From Azolla caroliniana (Eukaryota > Plantae > Polypodiophyta), in assembly GCA_043228905.1 (NCBI GenBank), contig JBHGNT010000006.1:2046001-2110000 (forward strand): a stretch of 64,000 bases of DNA, given 5' to 3'. Of this stretch, positions 49,901 through 62,479 are shown in pieces. The position numbers and the translations under genes are program-made. Every line of letters begins with the position of its first letter. Position 1 is the first letter of the stretch. The notes under the pieces were generated by a model, which did not search any database, had not been told where the DNA came from, and saw nothing but the letters and a program-made list of their open reading frames with translations.

Positions 49901-50329
49901 ATATTGAAATTTGACATTGCAAAAAACTATTGTTTATAGATGAATTTATCGAGGCATCACAAAACAAGTTAAATGAATCTCATAGGCATCTTCAAAACCA
50001 TTGGTTCGTATATTGCATCGATTCATAACTCAAAATATTGCCTTTTGGTTTCTTTTGAATTATTAGTTGCTTCCCATGCAACTTTGGTAAGTCGATGTGA
50101 TTGTTGTTTGGGAATGGTAAGAATGTATTACTCACAACATGCCTAATCTTAAGGGTAGTGATGTGGTCTCCAAAAATAGAAGCATGTATACAGTTTGTGT
50201 CATGACTTTAAGAAACTTTATTAGAAAATGTTTTTGGACATTCTCAATTCCTAAGTTGATTTAGGATACTAACATCCCGTATAAAAACATCAATGTGTTT
50301 GTGTCAATAACATATCTTGAGAACCAAAC

Positions 50330-50690
50330 AATTATTATATCTAAGTTGAATGGAACCTCAAAGCCATTGGATTTCAAGCTTTTTACCATTTCAAGTGGTT
50401 CACCATTGTACACAATGCATAAGTTATTCTTGAATTTTAGTCTTCAAACTGTAGCTTTGATTTAAGACATTGGCAATCAAACTATTATGCATTGAACAAA
50501 AATTCGATATATTTAAAGCATTTGCTAAAAAAACCATATCATTTGTGTATAATAGAAGCATGGGAACTACATTATTAATTGTAATCTCATCAATGCCTTC
50601 TCATTGTACAAACTCATAAACAGTTTTTTCTAATTCAAGGATACATAAACTATACATAGTGTGCATCTTTACTTGGCACCAATAGCATTA
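50330..50690 (-). mobile_element. Decayed LINE reverse transcriptase fragment, same type as 6555-7045
   Basis: Minus strand reads EGIDEITINNVVPMLLLYTNDMVFLAN (degenerate YADD at 50549-50538) and IVYNGEPLEMVKSLK, paralleling LVMLLLYADDVML and IYRGEPIKSVSPFK at 6.8-7.0 kb. Confidence 0.7.
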
Positions 50691-52044
50691 CATAATGTTT
50701 ATTATGGAACTCTATCTCCAATACACACATGACATATATGATATCACCTTCTCATAGATGTGAAAATTATTATCATGTATTCACTTGGTAACTTGGCACT
50801 CTTAGTTCCTCCATACACACAAAATACTTTACATTCCATGCAATTTTCATCCATTTGAACTCGAAGAGTGACAAATGTGATCGATGATGTTTTTCTTTAA
50901 AACACGATTATTTGTATGCCCTCTTTCAAAATCCCTTGAGCCCATGCACTTAGTTGTGAGATGGACTAGTCATTTGGGGGGGCTGTTCACTACTCTACTC
51001 GGGCCCCATCAAATAAGGTTGGGCCCATATACAAGGTCGAGAGCATTGGATGGGCTTCCACTAAGTGGTTTAAATTGACCTTGGAATGTATTGAGCGTTC
51101 CAGCAATTAGCAAGCATGCCTCACCATGAACTAGGTGAGCCACCTTTATAAAAAGGGACTTACCCACCCTCTACTTGGTCATTGGATGGCAAACTAACCA
51201 TGGTCCATCATACACCCACTAATAGTTTCTAATATTTAGCTAGAAAATTAGAACATATATAGCATTGATCAAATCACCATTAATGTACTAGATGGTATGC
51301 ATTGAATATCATACACTAAAGTCCCCAATTGATTAGACTTCATATAACATGACATTGGATGTAGATGCGGCTCATGCAAATGATCAAATTGAATATTAAT
51401 GCTACTTCATACGCAAACTACTTGCAAGGTCCCCACATTAGACTTCACATAACAAAGATTGGATGTACATGTGGCTCGAGCAAAATATTAATTCTACGTC
51501 ATAGGTCAACAATTTGTGAGATTCTAAATTAGTTATTAACAAACTCTACCATCTCACGTTTGATAATTAGCATGTAAGGTTGGTTGTATTTGCGAGGCTG
51601 TAGATTAATTAATAACCAACCTCTACCATCTCATGTTTTTTGACTAGCCTTTTAGGTTGGGTCTACGCTTGAGTCATGGTAACAATGAGACAATGGTGTG
51701 TGGTAATGTCTAATATGCGGAGTGAAGGCCTAATTTCTAGGTTAATGGGAGTTGTGTTATGGCCCCCTCCTGCTTTTGGGATACATGTTGGTTAAGTATC
51801 ATTGCATTTTCACAAAAAATACACATTAAATTTAAGAAACTCAAAATGCCACATATTAGGAATTTGACAAAGTACCGTGGGGTTTGAGCACACTTTTGTT
51901 TACAACACTAGATTATGCAATCACATATTGTCTTCTTACTCAGAATGGGCATCATGCATTCACAAGCATAACAATAACCTTGCAGGATATATTAAATTTC
52001 ACTAGAGCAAATCCAATGCCATTGTAAACTATTATAAAAGATCT

Positions 52045-52335
52045 CAAGAGGTGTTGGAATTGGTCAGCCCAATAACCCTTTGGATTCTATGGAAACAACG
52101 ATGTAGGTGAGTCTTCTCCAACCAAACCACCCATCCAACAAGGTTACTGCAAGAGATATGGAGTGAAATTGTAGCCACTTTGAAGAGCCAATATGATGGC
52201 CTTAAAGGTGGCTCCGAGGGAGTTGAAAGACAACGCATAGCCTTCATCCAACAATGGTCGTCCTCTCCCTTTCTTGAGTCAGTGGGCTTCCGCATTAGAT
52301 GGAACTATCGCGTCCCTTTAGGGATTTGTACATAA
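52045..52335 (+). mobile_element. 3' fragment of an L1-type LINE ORF2
   Basis: 97-codon frame with one internal TGA (52108): ITLWILWKQRCR*VFSNQ...LLQEIWSEIVATLKSQYD...FIQQWSSSPF...IRWNYRVP. LWxxWKxRxxxVF is typical of L1-clade C-termini. Confidence 0.7.
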
Positions 52336-54528
52336 TCGCCTCATTTGTAAAAATATTATAACTAATGGAAGGAGTTTTTTTTGGAAAAAAAAAACTATTA
52401 TAAAAGAAATTCATCATTGCAAAAGTGTGAGATATTGTTCTTAGCATTTATCTTATTGTTGACCTCTAGCTACAAACAAAACTTATCACAAGTTATGGTT
52501 GTCCATTTCTATGTTTCCAAGGAAACCTTTGTAGTTTCATGCCTTCCATTTTGCATTTTCTTCTTTTGCTACGTATGAGTTTTCTTCCATTTTAATTGGT
52601 CACTCATTTTGTTGGTAATAAAATGTGAAGTATGCACTTTCTCCACAAAAACGCATGCGCAAGTAAATAACATTATCGGTGCAACCACTTTAGGACACCT
52701 TCACAACCCTAGCAGTTTGTCATTTGTGCTATGATGCTTTTACTAATTGGCATCTTAGCGATATTAGAAACCAACGTTTTAAGTAAGATTCTCACATTTT
52801 TATATGACCAATTGTAGGTTCCACTCATTAATTTTTTCTATCAAAGGCAAACAACCTTGAGGCTCGTGCTTCTTCTTTGTCTCACGAGGCTTTTGAATCG
52901 ATAAACACATCGGTTTTTAACTTCCCTCAAATAGAATGCGTCTTCACCTTAAGTTTGGAGTTTTTAATCAAGTTTACCCTCACCATGAGTAAATATTATC
53001 TTCATACTTGCAACCAGTTATTTCTCCTTAAAATTCTTTTTAGTTTCCATCATATAGAAACATTATGGATGCTATTTCTCCCATAAAATCTCCTCAACTC
53101 TCATCACGTAATATCATTCCTAACTATACATTGAGCATGACCTCTCCTGCCTTCATCCTTTTTTCTTAACATTACGAAGAACGATAACATTATAATCCTT
53201 AAATGAGGATAAACCACAACCTTACAAAGTTAACGAGGGTATCACCACTTGAACAAAGTCAATATAAGCTTTGTTTTAATCCTAGTATATGGAGGGTCGC
53301 TTGCCATGATGTGGAATCTCCTATTTTCTAAGTCATGTTGTTCATATGAGATGTAGCACTACAAGATTGTCTTATAAAACTTTTCCTCTATGTCCAAGAC
53401 ACAACCATGATCATTATGCCTTCTATTTGGATGTTTGCATCCTTTCTACCAACAAATGATAATCAACATTCGAGGAATTTTGGTTGAGTAGAATATTTAT
53501 CATTCAGGGTTGCGATTCTCAATGCCATGCACCATACTTTGCTGTTTGTTATGTGATATAAAAGCTCGTACACAATGTGGGTATTTGCATATACTTTGTT
53601 GTTTCAACAATGTATTATTTGGATGTAGTTATTTGCAAGCATTATGTTGTTTTGTCAATAGATTATATTATAGGTGAGAAACCTCAAATTGAGCTAAAAA
53701 CCTACCAAAAATGTTGACATGTACAATTAGAAAACATAAATGTTGCCTCCAATCATTCATGATAGATATGACAAAACATAAAGAGATCGTACGAGGGAAG
53801 ACCTAAATAAACTCTATACATTGGAACATGGTTTTCCACAATTATGATAATTAAGAATACTACATAGCCCAATATTGATCAATCTATGTACATTATCTAG
53901 TCGACGAGTCTCACTTATGTTGTGCTTGTTAGTGAGCATAGGCAGTCATTTACTACCTCTTAGGCCGTGAAGTTGCCTAGGCAAATCTATACTTGCATTT
54001 GGTTGATAAGAAAGTGAGAGAGTTAAAAATTGTAGCTTGGTTGGTACGGGTGTAGGGTTTTGTCCCCTGCATTTCATCGTGTTACTTCTTTATTTTAGAA
54101 ACTTTGCTCTTTTCACCGGGACACATTTTGGTTTGACAGAGTTTAGAGCTTTACAAAAGTGGTTCTTTACGGTACAAAACGCAAGGGTTCTTCCAGAGTA
54201 TAGACAGAGCTTAAAAAAGTGGTTCTCTGGTGTGGATAAGACACACAATTAGTTAACCTTCTCTGGAATGGAAGGCGGTAAAAGATTTGAGTATGCATAA
54301 CGCCGTCGTAAAAAAACAAACAAACAAACAAGCAAGCAAGCAAGCAAAATGCAGGTGGGTACAACAAGCATTCATTAAAATCGAAGGGTATCGTGAGGTA
54401 AATTTGAAAAATAGAATGCGTGTGTGTAGTAGGGTGCGATCGGTGTTAAGGCTTGAGAAGTTAATGGCCGGGCTGATGGAGGGAGGGGTATTTCAGTAAT
54501 TTTGGAAAATCTACGGCGGCGCATCTAT

Positions 54529-54628
54529 GCATGTATGTATGTGCATATGTATGTATGCATGTATGCGTCGTGAATGCATGTACATAATCACACACATGCA
54601 TGCATGCATATACATAAATACATACATG
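54529..54628. promoter_or_regulatory. Purine-pyrimidine alternating tract with RY (CATGCA) motifs and imperfect dyad symmetry upstream of the GH9 gene
   Basis: gcatgtatgtatgtgcatatgtatgtatgcatgtatgc ... acacatgcatgcatgcatatacataaatacatacatg, about 150-250 bp before the ATG. Regulatory role is inferred. Confidence 0.35.
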
Positions 54629-54782
54629 TGACAGGGCCAGACATAGCTCCTTCCCCTGCGCCTCCTCCTCCTCCTCCTTCTTCTTCCTCAGGTGTGAGCT
54701 CGAAGCTTCCATTGCTCACTCACTCTGTGTGCTGTGAGCTTTTTAACCTTCGCTCACTCTGAACCTCGCGAATTAAGAAACC

Positions 54783-54794
54783 ATGGCTACTAAA

Positions 54795-54827
<33 letters not shown>

Positions 54828-57800
54828 TTCTGCTTCGCTTGTAGCTCAAGAGTTGCTTCTTCCTCCTCTTCTTCAGTTTACTTAGAAGCTCTGCGCGGCA
54901 GCTTACTCTTCTTTGAAGGCCAGCGCTCTGGTTACCTGCCAGCTTCTCAGAGAGCCACATGGAGATCGCATTCTGCTCTTCACGATGGACTCGCTCAAGG
55001 AGTAAATTCCCCTTCTTTCGTTCCTCCATTACATGCCGCCCTAGAGTAGATCAACTATATACATTTCCTCTTAATTTTTTCTGGCTATGGACATTCAAAG
55101 CTTTCTGGCCCTCCTCTCTGTTTTCCTCCTTTCCTTATTTTCTTTTATTCTACCTCTGTAGATCTGCATTTGTTTTCGAAGCTTTTGTTGGTCTTCTTCT
55201 TTTTCTTCTCGGTCTTTCTCTTTATTCAGATCTATCTGCATTTCCTCAAAATTTTGTGTGTATGAAGATACAGAGGCTATCCGTTTCTTCTATGCTAATT
55301 ATTTCTTGCTCTGGAAATTCAGAAGCTCTTTTTTTATCCTTGCTATCCTTTCTCTCCTTTTGTGAAGTTTATATGCCGTTTACTCACTCTCAAGCTTTTC
55401 TGGGATTCCTCAGTTTTTATGGTGCTGGTTCTGCTTTACATTATTTCTCTGGCTATTAAAATCTTTTCTCTACTGTTTCTGGCAATGGAAGCTCGTGAAC
55501 TCTTACAATCGAAAGAGTTTCCATGTCTTTTCTCTTTCTCTGATGGACTTAGTATTTATTATCTTGTTCCTAACACGTCTTCTCTTTCTTTTCTTGTTAA
55601 GTTTCCCTTGTCTTCAAACATTGCAAAACATTCTCTGTTTATGTGTAATGGTGATAATCCGAAGATTGTCATAATGTTTAATCATGGCAAATATTTTGGC
55701 AGGTTGATCTTGTTGGAGGTTATTATGATGCAGGAGATAATGTGAAGTTTGGATTGCCTATGGCATTCACTATCACCATGTTGAGCTGGAGTGTTGTAGA
55801 GTATGGACACCACATGAAGTCTGCAGGGGAGCTTCAACATGCCATCGAAGCCATTAGGTGGGGCACAGATTATCTTCTCAAAGCTCACTCTCAGCCTAAT
55901 GTTCTCTGGGGAGAGGTATGATCTGTAATTTTATCATCTTTTCTAGCAAGAAATTTCATGTTTTCATTACTATTCTGCCTGGGTTTATCTTCACTAAATA
56001 TTTCTAGTTTCCTTTTGAAATTCAGAGTCCTTAGGGCTTAAATAACTTTTTGTCCGGGATTGCACTGTAGTTAGTCTTTCCCACAGTTCTTGAGTAATGC
56101 TCAATTTCTTGAAGGAGCTAGGGTCTAATATTCTCCATAACTGCAATGTAGTTTCCCACTAGTTCTTGAGTAATTAATTCTCAATGACTTTAAGGAGTTC
56201 GGGTCTAATGACTGGGTATGTGTGTTAAAGTCTAGCCTGGTGTTGGTTTAGGGTCTATTGTATAGCTAAACTTATAGTGTAGAATTGGGTTTGGTAAGGC
56301 GTGTGTCCCATTTTACTCTCCTAAAGAGTCCACATCACTAATGCCCAGGGTTTTGAAAAAAATATTAGAATTGGGTTTGGTAAGGCGTGTGTCCCATTTT
56401 ACTCGCCTAAAGAGTCCACATCACTAATGCCAAGCTCTCCTAAAGAATTGGGTTATGGTTTCTAGTATTTAGCATCTACGGGTTTGAAGCTTTCAATTGC
56501 TCACTGTGCATGAAGGTATTAATTTCTCTGTTTGATTTCATCAAAGGTATGGTTCTTATTTATTTGTATCAGTAATATCATATTCTGAATATTTAGGGTT
56601 TTAAAGGATTGATAGGGTTTAGAGGATTGATAGAGCTCATTCTTATGTACATAATGTATCTCGTCAGGTGGGTGATGGAGACTCAGATCATTACTGCTGG
56701 CAAAGACCCGAGGAGATGACCACTTCCCGAAGAGCGTACCGAATAGATGAAAACAACCCAGGATCTGACCTGGCAGGAGAAACCTCTGCTGCCATGGCTG
56801 CTGCCTCTATGGCCCTAAGAATGCACGATGCCGAATATGCTAATCTTCTTGTATCCCATGCTAAACAGGTAGCTTTCATAAAGTTTTTACCGTGGTATAA
56901 GTGGTATGTAGTTTGAGTTGTTGCTAACTTAGATTTTCGTTTTTCTTCTATAGCTCTTTTCTTTTGCAAACAATCATCGGGGAAGATATGACTCGAGCAT
57001 CTCAGTCGCTCGCGGTTACTATGAGTCCGAGAGTGGATATAATGTGTGCATTTCCTTCTGTTGGATCTTTCGCTCTCTCTCTCTCTATTGTTATAATTAG
57101 AGTTGTTGATCACTCCTTGTGTATGGTAATTTCTAGGATGAGCTTCTATGGGCATCCATGTGGTTGTATGAAGCCACTTTAGAGAAGGATTATCTGTATT
57201 ATGCTGTTGAGAATGCCCATAGCTTAGGTGGATCGAGCTGGACAATGACTGAATTTAGTTGGGACGTAAAATATGCAGGTGTACAAGTCCTTGCATCCAA
57301 GGTAATGTGGTGGTATACAGTCTTTTAGACATTAATCAGATATATTTTCTTTTGTGACATTAACACATTTGTCTTCTGATTTCTTTTGTGATAAGAATTA
57401 TCTTTTGTTTCATGCAGATACTTATGCAACAAAGAAGACATTTTTCGGATGTAGAGGCTTTGCAGCTTTACAGACCACAGGCAGACTTCTTCATGTGTGC
57501 TTGTCTCCAGAAGAATTTTGGAAAGAATGTGGCAAGAACCCCGGGTAAGGCTCTCCTTATGGTTCAATGACTAATAATCTTTGATGCCTAGGATTTCCTC
57601 ATAGGTCTGATACCTTTGGGGGGGGCATTTATGACTCTGATGCTTTGTGTTTTAGGTGGATTGATGTATACTAGAGCATGGAATAACATGCAATACGTGA
57701 GCAGTGCAACCTTCTTGATGACCGTGTATTCAGACTATCTTATGACCTCACGACAAGAGTTGCATTGTGCTGGGGGGAGTGTTGAACCGTCTGAACTTTT

Positions 57801-59018
57801 TGAGATGGCCAAGTCACAGGTAATATATGCATGATAGGTTTAGAAGACATTTGGTACCTTTTGTTAGGTTTATGATCTTAATATCAAGTAATTTATTGAA
57901 TCAATACGAATCTTATGACTGTTAACTCAATCATATTCCCTTGAGTTGAGGTGGGACCTCTGCTTTATCCCATCCCATACTATACATCTATGGTTGGAGA
58001 GTTCATTCATGATTAATTTGGTTATTTATTATATCTTTGGTTTTTGCACTACTTTAGTTTGGCACTCTTTTAAGGCAAAGATTGCAATTACTAATTTTCC
58101 TCTAAAGAAGAAACTCATGGTGGACTCTTTGTTTATTGTAAAGGTGGATTACATCTTGGGTAACAATCCAAGAGGTACAAGCTACATTGTAGGGGTAGGA
58201 AGCAATTATCCTCAGCGTATTCACCATCGTGCTGCATCGATCGTGTCGTACAAGGTCGACCAAACCTTTGTTGAATGCAGGGAAGGCTATCGAGCATGGT
58301 ATACGGCTCATGCTAGTGATCCTAACATACATGTTGGTGCATTGGTGGGAGGACCTGATGAGAATGATAACTATGCTGATGACCGAGAAAACTTTGAACA
58401 AAGTGAACCTGCAACTTATAATAACGGACCGATTGTTGGGGTGCTTGCTAGGATGTATGGTGGAAGTATGAGAACACATGATGTGCCTGATCGCTATGAC
58501 AGTAGCCTTGTTTCAGGTGAGTTCCTTGGCCCATTTCAAAATCATTTTTTAGAAAAAGATCAAATGTAGCACACAAACTCTCTAGGATTGCCAATGGTTT
58601 TGCAGAAAAAGCATATATCTAGAATGAAATAGAAGGTACTCTTTTTGCAGTTGCAGATCATACTTTGGCATCAACGGAGGTGGAACATGCAAGCACCTCC
58701 TCCTATATTTCGAAACTGTACATAACTCAAGAGAGAACAAACTCCTGGACTGACAAAGGGAAGACATTGTACAGATACAAGGTTGAGCTGAAGAACGGCA
58801 CGCCGCATACACTTCTCCGTTTGCAGCTTCTTTTGAGCAACCTCAAAGGTCCGTTGTGGGGGCTAACCAAAGAAGGAGAAGAAGAAGAACATGGAGTTCA
58901 CTACACTTTCCCACCGTGGCTGGACTCTCTGTCTTCTGGTGACATCCTCACCTTTGTGTACATTCATTCAAATCCTGAAGCAGCCAAGATCACAGTAACT
59001 GCTGCTGCTTTTATCTGA
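54783..59018 (+). CDS. Endo-1,4-beta-glucanase, glycoside hydrolase family 9 class C (signal peptide + GH9 + CBM49), 9 exons, ~639 aa
   Basis: Exons 54783-55001, 55703-55915, 56668-56868, 56954-57043, 57137-57301, 57418-57544, 57656-57819, 58144-58516 and 58651-59018 join in phase. Motifs [65 protein letters not shown]-terminal CBM49 ([28 protein letters not shown]). Confidence 0.95.
56280..56431. repeat. 66-bp direct repeat (86-bp spacing) in GH9 intron 2
   Basis: tagaattgggtttggtaaggcgtgtgtcccattttactc.cctaaagagtccacatcactaatgcc at 56280 and 56366. Confidence 0.93.
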
Positions 59019-60537
59019 TTTTCCTACAAAACATCCCGTTCTGGGTAGTTCCATGGAAACTGGCCAGTACGGGTGGTTTTTAAGAAACTGCCAGTTTTGA
59101 GTTGTTATTGGAAACAGCCCATTTTGGTTGGTTTTTGGATTGGAAAATGTATATTGAATGTGTAGAAAAAAAAGAGCCTTTAGGAAGCTCCAAGCTCTGT
59201 TCTGTTGAGGTGGAGGTCCCAACCCAAATACATCTAAAAAAGGAAGGGGGCCCCCTTCTTTTAACAGAAAGAAAGCTGTTGTGTAGCTTTGCTCAGGTTT
59301 CTTGTGGAGATTTTTGAATCATCCCAGAGACCTTGATTGCTATTCCTATTTATTTGTTATATTTTGGTAAGGTTTAATATTATCGATCGTCTTCTAGCCA
59401 CTTCGGGGTCCACAAACTCATGTGTCGGTTTCACTTTGTGCACAATATTGGGCTTTTGAAGAGGCTTGATTGATGATATTGTCTGCATTGCAGCTTTAAT
59501 AGAGCTCTTTTTTATCTGCATTGTCTTCACTTTTCCTGGAAGTACAAATTTGAAAACAAAGTGACATAGTCACAGTGCTACAAAAAAGAGTGATCGTGAC
59601 CCACAATGGTGTTAGGAGACAATGCTACTTATTGGGTCCACTTTGTTATTGGGTCCACCACAAAGTGGACGACACTTGTTGTCATGCTCATCCCTCTCTG
59701 TTTATTACTCAAATGTACTCATGTTATTTTCTGCATCCACTTTACTTAACTTGGCCGCAAGGGTTGTTCCTTTCACTCTACGACAAAGATAATCACATAA
59801 TTTCTTTCTCTGGTTTTCGGTGCCTATAGTTCTCTCACAAATTGTTGGCCTCATTTATTTCTGTTCTCTCTCTCTCTCTCTACTAAACAATAAAAATGGT
59901 AAAATGAAGCACATGTGTTCTTTCTAATGACATTTTGTGAAAAGGTATTTTATGAGGCTTTGTGAGTGTGAGATTTAGTTCACACTGGATTTAGAGAGTG
60001 CCCCAAGACTACATTCTAATGCTGTCATAAAGGTTGCATAGCGATTATACAATAGCATGTTGAATGTTGCCTTGATTATGAAGTGGCTTATCCATGAAAA
60101 CATGCCTGCTCTAGGAAATCTGCTCTGCTTATGCAGAAACTAGCTTTGTGTGGATCCTTGTTTGATGGTCACAATTTCTTCTTAATGGTTGTTTGAGAGC
60201 ATTTGGTTGCTATGCTACGAGAGATTGATATCCGCAAATATTAATCTTTGCTTTAAATTGAAAGGAACCCACATATCTTGTTAGATATTTGCCATCTCAA
60301 ATTTGTCTTTCACCTATTAGGGAGATATTTCCGCTTAACAACCATTTGATATGCTATTCCCATATTCATATGCACTTTTGTAATAACTCTTTGACATATG
60401 ATCACCTCGGCAATGTCTCCATATTTCCTAATAAAAGAGACAAACTTTGTTGTTATAAATATAAGACTTGGCTCCCTAGAGCCGTTTTTCTTGGGTGATG
60501 AGAGCTTAGTGGGAGGCAATTCTTCCTTCAGCATAGA

Positions 60538-60845
60538 ATCATAACACATGAAAATCCAAAGTAGTTCACAAGCGTGGACCATCATAACACACGAAAATCC
60601 AAAGTAGTTCACAAGAGTGGACAATCATAACACACGAAAATTCAAAGTTGCTCACAAGTGGGGGAGTAATTTCTACCTCGAGAAGTTGTGAAGATGAATA
60701 ATGATGCATTATATATAGGGCTTTTCTCATCCTTAGGAATAGAATCATAACACATGACCATCCAAAGTTGCTCACAAGAATCGGGGTATGTAGAATTTCT
60801 ATCATCGGGAGTCGTGAAGTTGAATGATGTATTATATAGGGCCTT
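60538..60845. repeat. 43-bp minisatellite (3 copies) overlapping a ~120-bp duplication
   Basis: atcataacaca.gaaaat.caaagt.g.tcacaag at 60538, 60581 and 60624, again at 60744 with shared downstream sequence. Confidence 0.88.
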
Positions 60846-62103
60846 ATCGGAATTTTCTCCTTCCCATCTACAATGTGCCAAGAGTTAAAAACTAGAAAAT
60901 GATTGAATCTATGTATAGAAGTCAAAAAAAGGATGAGGTTGCAACACTATTCAAATAGGAGTAATGATATAAGACCATTTACAAAAGCCACTATGCCGAA
61001 TGGCATAGATTAGTGTTTGCATACTATAGAGGACGACTAATAAGACACCTATTGTAAGCAAGAAAAAAACATTTTAATATTTTGATAGGACATTTTGGAT
61101 CATATATGACCCTTGGGTATCCAATGACCATGTACAATAGGCATATGATTCAAATGATAGCCCCTTTCAATATCAACATCAATTATCATGATTTGGAGCG
61201 AGCATTGCTTTCATAGAAGCTTAAAAATAAGAGAGTCATGTAAAAACTCCCCCTAGCATTGCTTGTCATGATCTTGAACATCATATATATATATATTCTT
61301 GGGTAGACGAATCATCTAAATGGAACAATACTGTCATTAGTCAACATCCAAAATCTTCTCCAACTTGGCTTACTGTCTCTTTTTCTTAGCTTTTTCATTA
61401 AGTTGATTAATAGTTCAAAGAGTATAATTTTAATAGCAACAAGGGTATGCACTACTTTGATCTTCCTAAAAAATTGGGGTGATCCAAGGCATCGAGTTTT
61501 CTGTCAAGATCACATCACACACTATTCGTCAATGACAAGCGAAATGCAATGCTATGCAAATGGGTTGGTAGGTAGGCAAGGTAGGTGAGGAGAAGGGGGG
61601 GGGGGAGGTATTTAAATCTTCATGGAATGTTCTATTTATTGCTTAAATAAAGACACACACACACATACCTCACATGAAGATTTTTTGCAAATATGTAAAC
61701 AAAACATTAATGCATTCCCTCAAGCATTTGTTGGGACGAAGATTACATCCATGTAAAAGTCAAAGAAGCGGACGGAAAAAAGAACGATTTTTAAAACTAT
61801 ATTTGTCGGAAGGTCGTGTTCCTTTTACGAACGGGGGCGTCGAAAAAAGCATCGAGAGTCTCGGAATTCGTTTTGGTTTGAAGTCTTATGTTATGAAGAA
61901 GAGTCGGGGATGATATATGGTTTAAAATCTCGTGGAGCTCTCGGGAGCCGGAAGACTTCTTTTACACTGTGGGTGAGACATATGCTAACCATGGGGTGGG
62001 GACGGAAGAGTGTGTTGATGGGCCCCACCGAGTAGGGCAAGTTGCTAGGTTAACAAAACTCATGAATCATGGGCTATGCAAATCTGGGCACCAGAATCCC
62101 GAC

Positions 62104-62178
62104 AAATGGCCGGCCGGACGGTTTCCTACCTTTGGGCCGAACCAGATCGGCCAAAGGTAGAAAGCCGGCTGGCCATTT
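62104..62178. other. GC-rich 75-nt inverted repeat / hairpin
   Basis: aaatggccggccgg...ctacctttgggccga - loop accaga - tcggccaaaggtag...ccggctggccattt, about 30 paired bases. Confidence 0.8.
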
Positions 62179-62479
62179 CTGTGGACAGAGGGCACGCCAT
62201 GCCTAAAGTCTTTCCCATGAAATTTAACTCACACTTGGGTCGGGGGTCCTATTCATATGTTTTTTTTTGGCCTGCCATAAAGCCCTAAAAGTAATGGTTG
62301 TAACGATTAATTAGCGAGGATTAAGCCAGTCCTAATAACTAGTCTAAACAAAAACAGGCTAATCAGTAAGCTTAATCAGTATGATTAATTAATCAACTTT
62401 ATCATCCCCTATCATTAAGCCTAATCCGCTTCCTAATCTTCATTTTTAAGAAACAAATTATTGGATTCAATATGTTGTT

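Noticed and set aside
54959-55745. 166-aa and 127-aa Phe/Leu/Ser-rich ORFs
   Set aside because: They lie mostly in the T-rich first intron of the GH9 gene and are compositional artefacts.
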